Sequence record: NC_010324.1
DNA: 64,000 bases
Strand: one strand, 5' to 3'
Origin: Escherichia phage phiEco32
In this document: positions 41,809-49,368 of the stretch, one piece after another
Numbering within the stretch: the stretch's first letter is position 1
Layout of the letters: every line of letters begins with the position of its first letter
Position numbers and translations under genes: made by a program
Notes under the pieces: generated by a model
Database searches by the model: none
Told to the model about the DNA's origin: nothing
What the model saw: only the letters and a program-made list of their open reading frames with translations

Positions 41809-41967
41809 CTACTCCACCTCTACTTCAATGTAAGTTCTCTCGCCAACATCGTCTTTTAAGACCCATGACTTGGCATCTTCTTCCGACTTAAAAGCTTTCA
41901 CAACGCTGTATCCGCCTTCCCATTCATCACCGAACCAGCGCTGTCCTACGTAAATGTATTCTTTCAT
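41809..41967 (-). CDS. small hypothetical protein (52 aa)
   Basis: Not in the ORF track; fills the gap between two track ORFs. Confidence 0.35.
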   Translation of the reverse strand: MKEYIYVGQRWFGDEWEGGYSVVKAFKSEEDAKSWVLKDDVGERTYIEVEVE

Positions 41968-41970
41968 CAC

Positions 41971-42255
41971 TCAACCTTTCGGGAATGGCATTAAAAACTC
42001 TACAGCAGATTTGATTTCGTTATTGATTCGTGAATCACGGTAAGAGATAAACTTACCTTTGCTGTCACGTAACATCACATGGGTTCTGGCTGTTTTGTGA
42101 GGAAGCAAAGTGATACTGGTTGGTATAGTATCAATTCCTACAGAGCATGAATTAATAGTCTTACTCTCTACTAGCAGATAAGACCAAGTACGCGGTTTCT
42201 GCTCCGGACGGTTGGGGTATGTGTCTCGAATCTGTACCATAGCTAACTTATTCAT
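41971..42255 (-). CDS. hypothetical protein, paralog B of a tandem pair (C-terminus ...PFPKG)
   Basis: Shares ...KTARTxxxLRxxxGKFISY...E..A.E.L.PFPKG with the adjacent gene. Confidence 0.5.
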   Translation of the reverse strand: MNKLAMVQIRDTYPNRPEQKPRTWSYLLVESKTINSCSVGIDTIPTSITLLPHKTARTHVMLRDSKGKFISYRDSRINNEIKSAVEFLMPFPKG

Positions 42256-42256
42256 A

Positions 42257-42514
42257 TTAAACTCCTTTAGGGAATGGGATGAGGTTTTCTACTGCAACAC
42301 GATATTCTTTCTCTACATCTTTATTCTTATAAGAAATGAATTTCCCATCAGCTCCACGGAGGATTATATTAGTACGAGCTGTTTTTGCATTATGACCAAT
42401 CTGGTTTGCAATTAGGCTGATGTTGTGTTTGACATCATGGTTATTAGTGAATTTCCACTTAGCCAGACGGTTAGTCCAAACATCGATGATAGTTACGGTT
42501 TTTACAATAGACAT
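42257..42514 (-). CDS. hypothetical protein, paralog A of a tandem pair
   Basis: See paralog B. Confidence 0.5.
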   Translation of the reverse strand: MSIVKTVTIIDVWTNRLAKWKFTNNHDVKHNISLIANQIGHNAKTARTNIILRGADGKFISYKNKDVEKEYRVAVENLIPFPKGV

Positions 42515-42547
42515 AGTTATTACCTAAGAAGTTTAATTTGGTTTATA

Positions 42548-42577
42548 TAAAAGAAAAGGCCACCCTATTGGGTAGCC
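42548..42577 (-). terminator. rho-independent terminator (minus strand) after the basic-protein gene
   Basis: Stem ggcuaccc/gggtggcc with 4-nt loop, followed by UUUUCUUUU on the minus transcript. Confidence 0.5.
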
Positions 42578-42582
42578 TCATG

Positions 42583-42900
42583 TTACGATGAGCTTAAAGC
42601 TCCTTTGCGTGCTCCAGCTGCTTTTCCAGCTCGATCACCACTTTTGCCGCCGTTTGAACGGTTTGAGCTGACTGACTCAACACGTAAGTTGCTTGACGCA
42701 TTAGAGCCTCCAGACTTGACAGCTCGTTTGTGTCCAACGTCTTTACCTCTGACAGCAGCTTTTCCATCGCGCTTTTCAACGATGCGACGTGCACGGTGGC
42801 GCTGAGCATCTCCGCTCTTGCTCCCAACGCCTGTTTCACCACGGGCAATTGCGGTACGTCTTTCTTGTGCATAATCCCTCTTTCCTACATGGTCTGCCAT
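42583..42900 (-). CDS. small highly basic Gly/Ser/Arg/Lys-rich low-complexity protein (105 aa)
   Basis: Strong SD AAGGAG 7 nt upstream; A/T-rich third codon positions like the rest of the phage, unlike the competing frames; own promoter motif and terminator. Confidence 0.5.
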   Translation of the reverse strand: MADHVGKRDYAQERRTAIARGETGVGSKSGDAQRHRARRIVEKRDGKAAVRGKDVGHKRAVKSGGSNASSNLRVESVSSNRSNGGKSGDRAGKAAGARKGALSSS

Positions 42901-42936
42901 TTAGAACTCCTTAATATATCAGTGTACACTAAGGAG

Positions 42937-42945
42937 TATACATTA
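42937..42945 (-). promoter_or_regulatory. TAATGTATA motif (minus orientation) upstream of the basic-protein gene
   Basis: Plus-strand tatacatta; 36 nt upstream of the ATG at 42900; followed by palindrome AGTGTACACT. Confidence 0.45.
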
Positions 42946-42954
42946 TGGATACTA

Positions 42955-43122
42955 TTAAAACTCTGCTAAGTATTTAATATCAGAGGCATATACCTCATCA
43001 AAGGAAATAGGCTCTCCGTTGTAGAGGAGTTCTATTTTCAGTATACCAGAGCATTTGGTGTCTTTGGAATCAACCCTGATAGAGAGTTTGTCAACTATCT
43101 GAGCTTTAATCTCTTCTATCAT
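42955..43122 (-). CDS. hypothetical protein (55 aa from internal ATG)
   Basis: Track ORF 42955..43293 overlaps the upstream gene; Met at 43122 has SD AAGAG. Confidence 0.35.
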   Translation of the reverse strand: MIEEIKAQIVDKLSIRVDSKDTKCSGILKIELLYNGEPISFDEVYASDIKYLAEF

Positions 43123-43135
43123 TAACTCTTGAATA

Positions 43136-43321
43136 TTACTCACTCCACCCTCCCGGTGGTACAAAATCATCATGAACGTCAATGATAGTAGGTTCTCCAT
43201 CATACATGCAGGTGTCTTCATTGAACTCTTCACACTCAAAACATGCTCGTTCGATATTTTTGTAGAAGTCAATGGTTGCTGAACCATCACCACAATCTCG
43301 AATAACTAAAGCGACTTTCAT
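43136..43321 (-). CDS. small Cys-rich acidic protein (61 aa)
   Basis: ORF track; CGDG...CFEC...C pattern. Confidence 0.45.
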   Translation of the reverse strand: MKVALVIRDCGDGSATIDFYKNIERACFECEEFNEDTCMYDGEPTIIDVHDDFVPPGGWSE

Positions 43322-44061
43322 TTATCTTGTTCCTTTTCCATAGCTTTAACAATAGCTTTACAGAAACCAGAACGAACAATGTCATCCGATTCGCCGTCTA
43401 CAATCTCAGCGAACTCATACAGATCATGTTCATCAATAAAGTTAGTAGCCCAAGTAAGACCACTCTCACGACCACGCATATCATGCTGGTTTGTATCACC
43501 CATACAGAACAATTGAGAGGTTTCTCCCAATCGAGTCATGATGGAGAAGGCTTCATCTTTAGTGGTGTTCTGGAACTCATCCACGATAACAATGGCATCA
43601 TTGAAGGAACGACCACGGAGATATTCCAGAGGTACGAATTCGATGTTACCGTTTCCGATTTGGCATTCATAGAACCCTTTACCATATCGCTGAGTAATAA
43701 CATCAATGATAGGCATCAGGTAAGGTTCAAACTTCTCGCGCATTCCTCCCGGAAGTAACCCAAGGGAATTGCCCATGCCAACCGAAGGGCGACTCAGAAT
43801 GATCTTCTGAATCTTACCGCTTTTCAGTGCATCAATAACTGTGGAAGTGATTACAAAGGTCTTACCACAGCCCGCAGGAGCGTCTGTGAACACAACTTGT
43901 TTAGTCTTAATAGCATTGAGTAGCTCAGACTGAAACTGGTTCTGAGGGACTACAGGCTTTGCTAAAACCACCTCTTCATACTCTCGCTTACCTTTACGAG
44001 TAACAAGTGCTTCCCGACGAAGGTCTTTCCGTGATTCTTTCCGTGATTGACGACGACTCAT
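43318..44061 (-). CDS. PhoH-like ATPase
   Basis: Walker A FTDAPAGCGKTF, Walker B IVIVDEFQN, PhoH-like C-terminal region. Confidence 0.8.
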   Translation of the reverse strand: MSRRQSRKESRKDLRREALVTRKGKREYEEVVLAKPVVPQNQFQSELLNAIKTKQVVFTDAPAGCGKTFVITSTVIDALKSGKIQKIILSRPSVGMGNSLGLLPGGMREKFEPYLMPIIDVITQRYGKGFYECQIGNGNIEFVPLEYLRGRSFNDAIVIVDEFQNTTKDEAFSIMTRLGETSQLFCMGDTNQHDMRGRESGLTWATNFIDEHDLYEFAEIVDGESDDIVRSGFCKAIVKAMEKEQDK

Positions 44062-44243
44062 TTACGCTCTCCAATTTCTTCGTAATGACACTCAGTAGTT
44101 AAGCAATCTTTACAGATTGCTGTATAAACCCTGACGTTAGTAAATCGTTTGTTCTTCCCTTTGGTTGGAGAGCCTTTAGCAAGCTCTCTGATAACCTTGT
44201 TACTTAAATGAAGGTTTGTTCCTTCACATCTAGAGCACTTCAT
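44058..44243 (-). CDS. small zinc-ribbon protein (61 aa)
   Basis: CSRC...CKDC pattern; ORF track. Confidence 0.45.
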   Translation of the reverse strand: MKCSRCEGTNLHLSNKVIRELAKGSPTKGKNKRFTNVRVYTAICKDCLTTECHYEEIGERK

Positions 44244-44559
44244 GGTTCATATCTTTATGAATCCTGTAAACAGCTGTCGCCATACAAGCAACAGCCTCAT
44301 TATGTGGGAGGTGCATTCCTGTAGAACCATCCCAATCTTTGAACTCAGCGTCAAAGACTCCGGTAGGCTCTGGATACAGAGCTTGCAGCTCCACTAGATC
44401 ATTAGCAACTTGTTGCCATTTATCATCAGACCAGATAGGGTCATCCAACCAGTAATACAAATAGGAATGGATGATCAATTGCCTTCTATGCCGATTGATT
44501 ACTTCAGCGGGACTTATCTCACTTCCATTTGAAGTCCTAAATGTATTACTGTCAATCAT
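44230..44559 (-). CDS. hypothetical protein (109 aa)
   Basis: ORF track. Confidence 0.45.
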   Translation of the reverse strand: MIDSNTFRTSNGSEISPAEVINRHRRQLIIHSYLYYWLDDPIWSDDKWQQVANDLVELQALYPEPTGVFDAEFKDWDGSTGMHLPHNEAVACMATAVYRIHKDMNHEVL

Positions 44560-44774
44560 TTCACAACCTTAAATTTGAATGTTGTTGGGTGATAATAGTG
44601 CAACCTGTTAATGGTGTGCTTTGTTTCAAGGTATATCCTGCAAGAGTGACACATGACATGAGTCAAACCGGTTACAGGATTAAACTTAAAGTTGGCGATA
44701 GGCTTCTCTTTCTTACAGAAGCTGCACACTTTATGTGTCATTAGTTCTCCAAAGTTTTCTTCAGAGCTGCCCAT
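44556..44774 (-). CDS. small Cys/His-rich protein (72 aa)
   Basis: CSFC...CHSC pattern; ORF track. Confidence 0.45.
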   Translation of the reverse strand: MGSSEENFGELMTHKVCSFCKKEKPIANFKFNPVTGLTHVMCHSCRIYLETKHTINRLHYYHPTTFKFKVVK

Positions 44775-45397
44775 GAGATTGGGTAGAGTTTAGCCATCTC
44801 TTCATCCAGAGATTTAGCAAACACTCGAACTTCGTATTGAGCGTGAGAGGAGAGTCGCTGACGACACAACTCAAACCAGCCATACAAAGAACCGGTCCAC
44901 ACCCACTCAGTGATCATCCCCTGAGGAAGAACAAATCGAGCTTGCTCTGGTGCAATAAACTCAATCAACTTGTCATATGCTGCTAGAGAAGCTTCATATG
45001 CATCGTTAATCAGTATTAATGCTTCAGCTCGCTCTCCGTCGATGAGTTGAATCCCTGAACCTGCATGGAGGTCCGAAGGTCTCGCAAAAATCTCTTTAGG
45101 GATGAAGACTTCAACTGCTCCATCTTTATACCGCCGGGACATTTCGTTCCACGAGAATCCAACCTGATGCTTGCCCAACTGTCTCGCAATTGCAATAGGT
45201 GCTTTGCATCGGAAACTGACTTGCGGGTGTCGGAATGGGGTAACATGCTTCTCTCTTGCGAGGAAGTTGATGAGACGTTCATCACGTTCATTTAAATCAC
45301 CTTCACGGGTTACGCCAAAGGAAACTCGAGCTGCGTTTACTACGCTACGATCGCTTCCCATAGCTTCGATTAATGTTGCTTGTAGTTGTTCATTCAT
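44741..45397 (-). CDS. thyX: flavin-dependent thymidylate synthase (ThyX)-like protein with divergent signature
   Basis: ThyX-like TPFRH...SFR...QLGKHQVGFSWNEMSRRY; the canonical RHR-x7-S motif reads KHQ here. Confidence 0.65.
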   Translation of the reverse strand: MNEQLQATLIEAMGSDRSVVNAARVSFGVTREGDLNERDERLINFLAREKHVTPFRHPQVSFRCKAPIAIARQLGKHQVGFSWNEMSRRYKDGAVEVFIPKEIFARPSDLHAGSGIQLIDGERAEALILINDAYEASLAAYDKLIEFIAPEQARFVLPQGMITEWVWTGSLYGWFELCRQRLSSHAQYEVRVFAKSLDEEMAKLYPISWAALKKTLEN

Positions 45398-45412
45398 CCG
45401 TGAATATCCTTA

Positions 45413-45688
45413 TTACTTATTGCTCAGGGCTGTGTCCAAAAATGCTTTCAGGTTTGCTTCAGTCTGCATACCAGAGAGGCTGTAGTGTGCACCACTGTTA
45501 CGGTCAGGCACAACGAAAGCAGGGATGCTTCGTACACCATACTTAACAGCTTGTTCACGACCATCACCTTCAAGGATGTTAATCTCTTCCACTTCTACAT
45601 CAAACTCCTTAACAACCTTCTCAAAGGTAGGAGCCATTGCTTTACATGGAGCACACTGATCACTATAAAACTTAATTACTTTAGACAT
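45413..45688 (-). CDS. thioredoxin-like protein (CAPC active site)
   Basis: YSDQCAPCKAMAPTFE matches the thioredoxin WCxPC...AP pattern; SD AAGGA. Confidence 0.75.
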   Translation of the reverse strand: MSKVIKFYSDQCAPCKAMAPTFEKVVKEFDVEVEEINILEGDGREQAVKYGVRSIPAFVVPDRNSGAHYSLSGMQTEANLKAFLDTALSNK

Positions 45689-45696
45689 GTAAATCC

Positions 45697-45876
45697 TTAT
45701 GCAGTCAGGAGGTGAAGCAGGAATGGGATAACAACAGCTACGATAACCATGATAGTTGATGCTGTTTGAATCTCACCTTTCTTATCAGGAGTTTCTTCGA
45801 TAAGCTTACCAGAAGCCCAATAAATACCGCCACCAATAAAGATAGCCCAAATACCCCATACGATTGCTGATAACAT
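45697..45876 (-). CDS. small two-TM membrane protein (59 aa)
   Basis: Not in the ORF track; MLSAIVWGIWAIFIGGGIYWA...TIMVIVAVVIPFLLHLL; SD AAGGA. Confidence 0.4.
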   Translation of the reverse strand: MLSAIVWGIWAIFIGGGIYWASGKLIEETPDKKGEIQTASTIMVIVAVVIPFLLHLLTA

Positions 45877-45936
45877 ATATCTATATCCTTATAAATAAGT
45901 TCGCCCCACCTCGGGTTAGGAGACAGGGCGGAGGTT

Positions 45937-46500
45937 TTAGTAAGACACGTCACCACTTGAATGGGACATGTTGCTCTTGACGAAGTAGCAATACTTGCCA
46001 AGACCTTCATTAATTTCTTGAAGCATACTCTGATCGACTGGGTAAGTGGCTAAATCACCATCAAACTCATCCATCTTCTCAATAATACACATCAAGGTCA
46101 TGCACATATCAGAGAGCATACCGTCCATGTCTAGATCAGCATTACCCTCTGAGAACCAAGCATGAGAGAGATAGTTAGCTGCTGTAGCATCCACTTTAAC
46201 GCAGTGGTAACGCATACGTTCAGCAATACGATCTCCTACCTGTCGTGCGTAATCTTCCAGCTCATCAAACATACCATGAACACCCTGAAATCCTGCACCA
46301 GAGACGTTCCAGTGGTAGTTTTTAGCTTTGATATGCAAGAGTTCCATGTTAGCTTGTAAGCAGCTCAGGATGTGTTCTAGGCTGTTTCCACTAATCATAC
46401 CCTGCATTGTTTCAAGGCGAGAGATTGATAGGTCGGACCGGTCTAACATGCTATAGCTGTCACGACCAATCTCAGGTAAATCAAAAACATTCTTATGCAT
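45937..46500 (-). CDS. Dps / ferritin-like protein
   Basis: NYHWNVSGAGFQGVHGMFDELEDYARQVGDRIAERM aligns with Dps ferroxidase-centre region (HWN, VH.M, D...E); start taken at the Met with SD GGAG (track start 46548 overlaps upstream gene). Confidence 0.65.
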   Translation of the reverse strand: MHKNVFDLPEIGRDSYSMLDRSDLSISRLETMQGMISGNSLEHILSCLQANMELLHIKAKNYHWNVSGAGFQGVHGMFDELEDYARQVGDRIAERMRYHCVKVDATAANYLSHAWFSEGNADLDMDGMLSDMCMTLMCIIEKMDEFDGDLATYPVDQSMLQEINEGLGKYCYFVKSNMSHSSGDVSY

Positions 46501-46822
46501 TTGGGTTTTCTCCATCAAGTTCAACTGAGTTAGCAACGTTACGTGCAATATTATCCATTACCTGCTGGGTAATTACGATGCAGTTCTGTGGGTCTACTGA
46601 CTTAGAACGACCCATTTCAGGGTCATACACCTTAACTCGCTTAGCAGTTGAACCTGTAACCTGAAGAACCTTCAACAGATATCCCTGATTACCAATAGAC
46701 CAAGCAACAACATCACGATTCTTGATAAAGCGACCAAGCATATCACGATGATAAAACTGTTGCATCACCTTGGATTTTGTAATCTCTTCAGTGGGCGGGG
46801 CCACTTTACTCAAATCTAACAT
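46493..46822 (-). CDS. hypothetical protein (109 aa)
   Basis: ORF track; promoter-like motif ~40 nt upstream. Confidence 0.5.
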   Translation of the reverse strand: MLDLSKVAPPTEEITKSKVMQQFYHRDMLGRFIKNRDVVAWSIGNQGYLLKVLQVTGSTAKRVKVYDPEMGRSKSVDPQNCIVITQQVMDNIARNVANSVELDGENPNA

Positions 46823-46861
46823 AACTCTCTCCTGTAAAATACAAATTCTTATTGTACTCTA

Positions 46862-46870
46862 TATACATTT
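46862..46870 (-). promoter_or_regulatory. AAATGTATA (one mismatch to TAATGTATA), minus orientation
   Basis: Plus-strand tatacattt; 40 nt upstream of the start at 46822, the same spacing as the exact motifs. Confidence 0.35.
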
Positions 46871-46894
46871 GAGAGTTATCATATCTACTACCAA

Positions 46895-47104
46895 TCAGTA
46901 GTAAATTACTTTAGACATAAAAGAACCAGTGTTAGGGTCTTCATACCAGCGATGTATGTCAGCGCTTTTTACTATTGTGCCCAGAGTCTTCAACTGTTTC
47001 TTAGCAATACGAGCCTCTTTGCGAGTGTCAAACAATTTGATGTTATCTTTTCTCATGTGTTGCTCAAGATTCCAAACAACATGAATAGCCCACATCTTTT
47101 TCAT
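46895..47104 (-). CDS. small basic protein, member 3 of a tandem three-paralog array
   Basis: 69 aa; shares R/K-rich pattern and C-terminal ...(K/S)(V/I)(I/H)YY with the two neighbours. Confidence 0.5.
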   Translation of the reverse strand: MKKMWAIHVVWNLEQHMRKDNIKLFDTRKEARIAKKQLKTLGTIVKSADIHRWYEDPNTGSFMSKVIYY

Positions 47105-47313
47105 TAGTAATGTACCTTTCCGCTAATATAAACACGACCAGAGGAATACTCTCTGGCCTTATGAATGCTGATGCTCTTGATCATATCCATATTAAACATA
47201 GATTTTTTAAAATCTCGAGCCTGTTGACGAGTGGGTAGTGCAGTCATAGTCATACCACCTGATGCCCACTTAATCTTCGCTAACCAGAACTGTCTCATGG
47301 TGATTGGTCTCAT
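47104..47313 (-). CDS. small basic protein, member 2 of the tandem array
   Basis: 69 aa; stop and start overlap with neighbours. Confidence 0.5.
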   Translation of the reverse strand: MRPITMRQFWLAKIKWASGGMTMTALPTRQQARDFKKSMFNMDMIKSISIHKAREYSSGRVYISGKVHY

Positions 47314-47510
47314 TAATAATAAATCTTACTGTTGGCAATAAAAGAACCTTCGCTATTCACCATAGCTCTTCCTAATGTAACCTTGTTAAGTCTAAAAGTA
47401 GATTTGTATTGATTTTTGACCCTACGTGCGTGCTCTCGAGTCTTAACAAAATCTACAGCTACTAACTCTCCAGTCGTGTTGTCATGTACACGAACAATCC
47501 ACTTTTTCAT
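47313..47510 (-). CDS. small basic protein, member 1 of the tandem array
   Basis: 65 aa; ...FIANSKIYY C-terminus. Confidence 0.5.
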   Translation of the reverse strand: MKKWIVRVHDNTTGELVAVDFVKTREHARRVKNQYKSTFRLNKVTLGRAMVNSEGSFIANSKIYY

Positions 47511-48044
47511 TTACACACCTTTAGATGCAACCACACCTTCAGAGTTATTATAACGACCCTTCACTGCATAGGAGTGTTCCCCTGCATGAGAGTGCTCAAA
47601 CATGACCATCTGACCAACACGCATACCAGCACGAACTCGTAAGCTATGGTGCTTGGTTACGTTGTGGAATTCAAATGTCAGCTTACTACTATTAAACCCT
47701 GCATCAGCCCATCCAGCGTGGAGATGGTTCAGACCACAACGAGCCATAGATGAACGAAGAACAAACAGACTTGAGATGTTATCTGGAAGGTTAAACTCCT
47801 CCATAGAGTGAGCCAAGAAGAACTGACCCGGAGTGATAACCAAACCCTCTTCAGGAATCTTTACTTCCTTCCACTGAAGATTCTCTTTCGCATCAATATC
47901 AACGATGCCATCAGCCTGTTCTTCAACAAGGATAGTATCACCAATACGGATATCCACACTAGCAGCGTTAACATACTTATGCTCCGCATCCAGATAGCCA
48001 TTGTCAATTACATTGTGCAGTTCAATACTTCCTAGTAAACCCAT
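47511..48044 (-). CDS. dCTP deaminase / dUTPase-superfamily protein
   Basis: ASVDIRIGD and VLRSSMARCG motifs typical of dCTP deaminase family. Confidence 0.65.
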   Translation of the reverse strand: MGLLGSIELHNVIDNGYLDAEHKYVNAASVDIRIGDTILVEEQADGIVDIDAKENLQWKEVKIPEEGLVITPGQFFLAHSMEEFNLPDNISSLFVLRSSMARCGLNHLHAGWADAGFNSSKLTFEFHNVTKHHSLRVRAGMRVGQMVMFEHSHAGEHSYAVKGRYNNSEGVVASKGV

Positions 48045-48053
48045 TCTTATTCC

Positions 48054-49367
48054 TTAGTTATTTTCGTCTATTTCAAAAGAGATTCCACGACCCGCTTCAT
48101 CGGCAAACCGAACTGTACGGGTTTGAGGTTCTAATACTTCAGGGTTGTTGGCAATAAAGCGATCAGCGAGATTATCTACCACATCTTGGGCCACACCTTC
48201 ATCAGTCCACACAGCCCTAACAGGTGCGTTGATATCACCAACAGCAAAACCCTGACCAGAGAACTGGTGACGGCTAACAGTCAAACCGTTTGGTCGACCA
48301 CGAGAAGGACTAGCCATCCATCGCTCCATAGAATCACTTGTAATACCCCAAGCTTCTTCAAAAGATGTTCTACGAGTAGGGCTTACTCTTCGTGACTCTT
48401 GTGCTCTACGCATTGCAGGGGCTACAAACACCCCTTCAATTGCATTATGTCGGTTAGGTTCCTCTTCTCGACCAAGCAGATCACCACCCGTGTTAGTTGT
48501 TAAATTTGTCAACCCTTCAGACCAATACGCATGAATCTGACCAGAACCGTGAAGACTAGACATAATCTGAATCTCTTCATAAGGGATTCCAAAGAATCGA
48601 CTCATGTCTCGGTCAACACAATACGAGGGACTTGTCGTATCCTCAGCATAAGTAACCTGACCCCGTTCATCAACCAGATGATTAATCGGTTGAGGTGTAG
48701 GGAGGTACCGAGAGTGGGCCATATATTGGAGCGCAGCGGATGTAGAGGAGAATCTCAACACCTGTGAATTAGGCCACTTCTTATGAACATACTTAATTTC
48801 ACGAGCAGAGACAACTACTGGACAAGGAGAAGTCATAGACAGATATCCATGAGGGGTCATAAATAGATTGTCAAGAGTCATCGCACCACGGCACATCATA
48901 GGAAAATTATCCATAACCTCTTCAATAGAAGTAGGATAATTAAACATGAATTGGATTCGAACCCCATTCCACTGAAATTCAATAATATCAGTGAATGTTA
49001 ACAAAGAGCCTTCAGCGTAGGCTTCATTTGTGGCTTCAGCCAGAAGGGAAGAGTACTCAATATCTTGAGACTCAAGCCACTCTTTCACGTTACTTTCAAC
49101 CTCTCGTCCGAGATCTTGCCACTGGTCATGGCGGATAAAGGTATCTCGAGTTCTTGGTGCCTGTCCTCTGACAATAAAGATATCAATGTCATGAGGTGCT
49201 CTATTATTAAGAACAGCATCACGAACAGCCCCACCAGTGATGATGGGACAAATACAGTCTGGAATCAAGTTGTTGTTAATCAACTGTTCAATGAAGTGAC
49301 GACCAACAGTGATATCAGGTTGTTGAGCAACCTTATCTTCAATTCGGTTAATCGGGATAACAATCAT
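48054..49367 (-). CDS. nucleotidyltransferase (pol-beta superfamily, CCA-adding / poly(A) polymerase-like head)
   Basis: IITGGAVRDAVLNN...PHDIDIFI matches the GGAVRD plus DxD head-domain signature; start at Met 20 of the track ORF, just after the exonuclease stop. Confidence 0.55.
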   Translation of the reverse strand: MIVIPINRIEDKVAQQPDITVGRHFIEQLINNNLIPDCICPIITGGAVRDAVLNNRAPHDIDIFIVRGQAPRTRDTFIRHDQWQDLGREVESNVKEWLESQDIEYSSLLAEATNEAYAEGSLLTFTDIIEFQWNGVRIQFMFNYPTSIEEVMDNFPMMCRGAMTLDNLFMTPHGYLSMTSPCPVVVSAREIKYVHKKWPNSQVLRFSSTSAALQYMAHSRYLPTPQPINHLVDERGQVTYAEDTTSPSYCVDRDMSRFFGIPYEEIQIMSSLHGSGQIHAYWSEGLTNLTTNTGGDLLGREEEPNRHNAIEGVFVAPAMRRAQESRRVSPTRRTSFEEAWGITSDSMERWMASPSRGRPNGLTVSRHQFSGQGFAVGDINAPVRAVWTDEGVAQDVVDNLADRFIANNPEVLEPQTRTVRFADEAGRGISFEIDENN

Positions 49368-49368
49368 T

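Noticed and set aside
42594-42872. Minus-strand 92-aa ORF with a coiled-coil-like sequence, overlapping the basic-protein gene in another frame (also plus-strand ORFs 42605..42805 and 42730..42969).
   Set aside because: The region is GC-rich and open in several frames; this frame has G/C-rich third codon positions unlike the rest of the phage and lacks an SD, whereas 42583..42900 has a strong SD and phage-like codon usage.
45738-46010. 90-aa minus-strand ORF overlapping the 3' end of the Dps-like gene.
   Set aside because: Overlaps a better-supported gene in another frame; the hydrophobic part is explained by the separate 59-aa membrane ORF 45697..45876 with its own SD.
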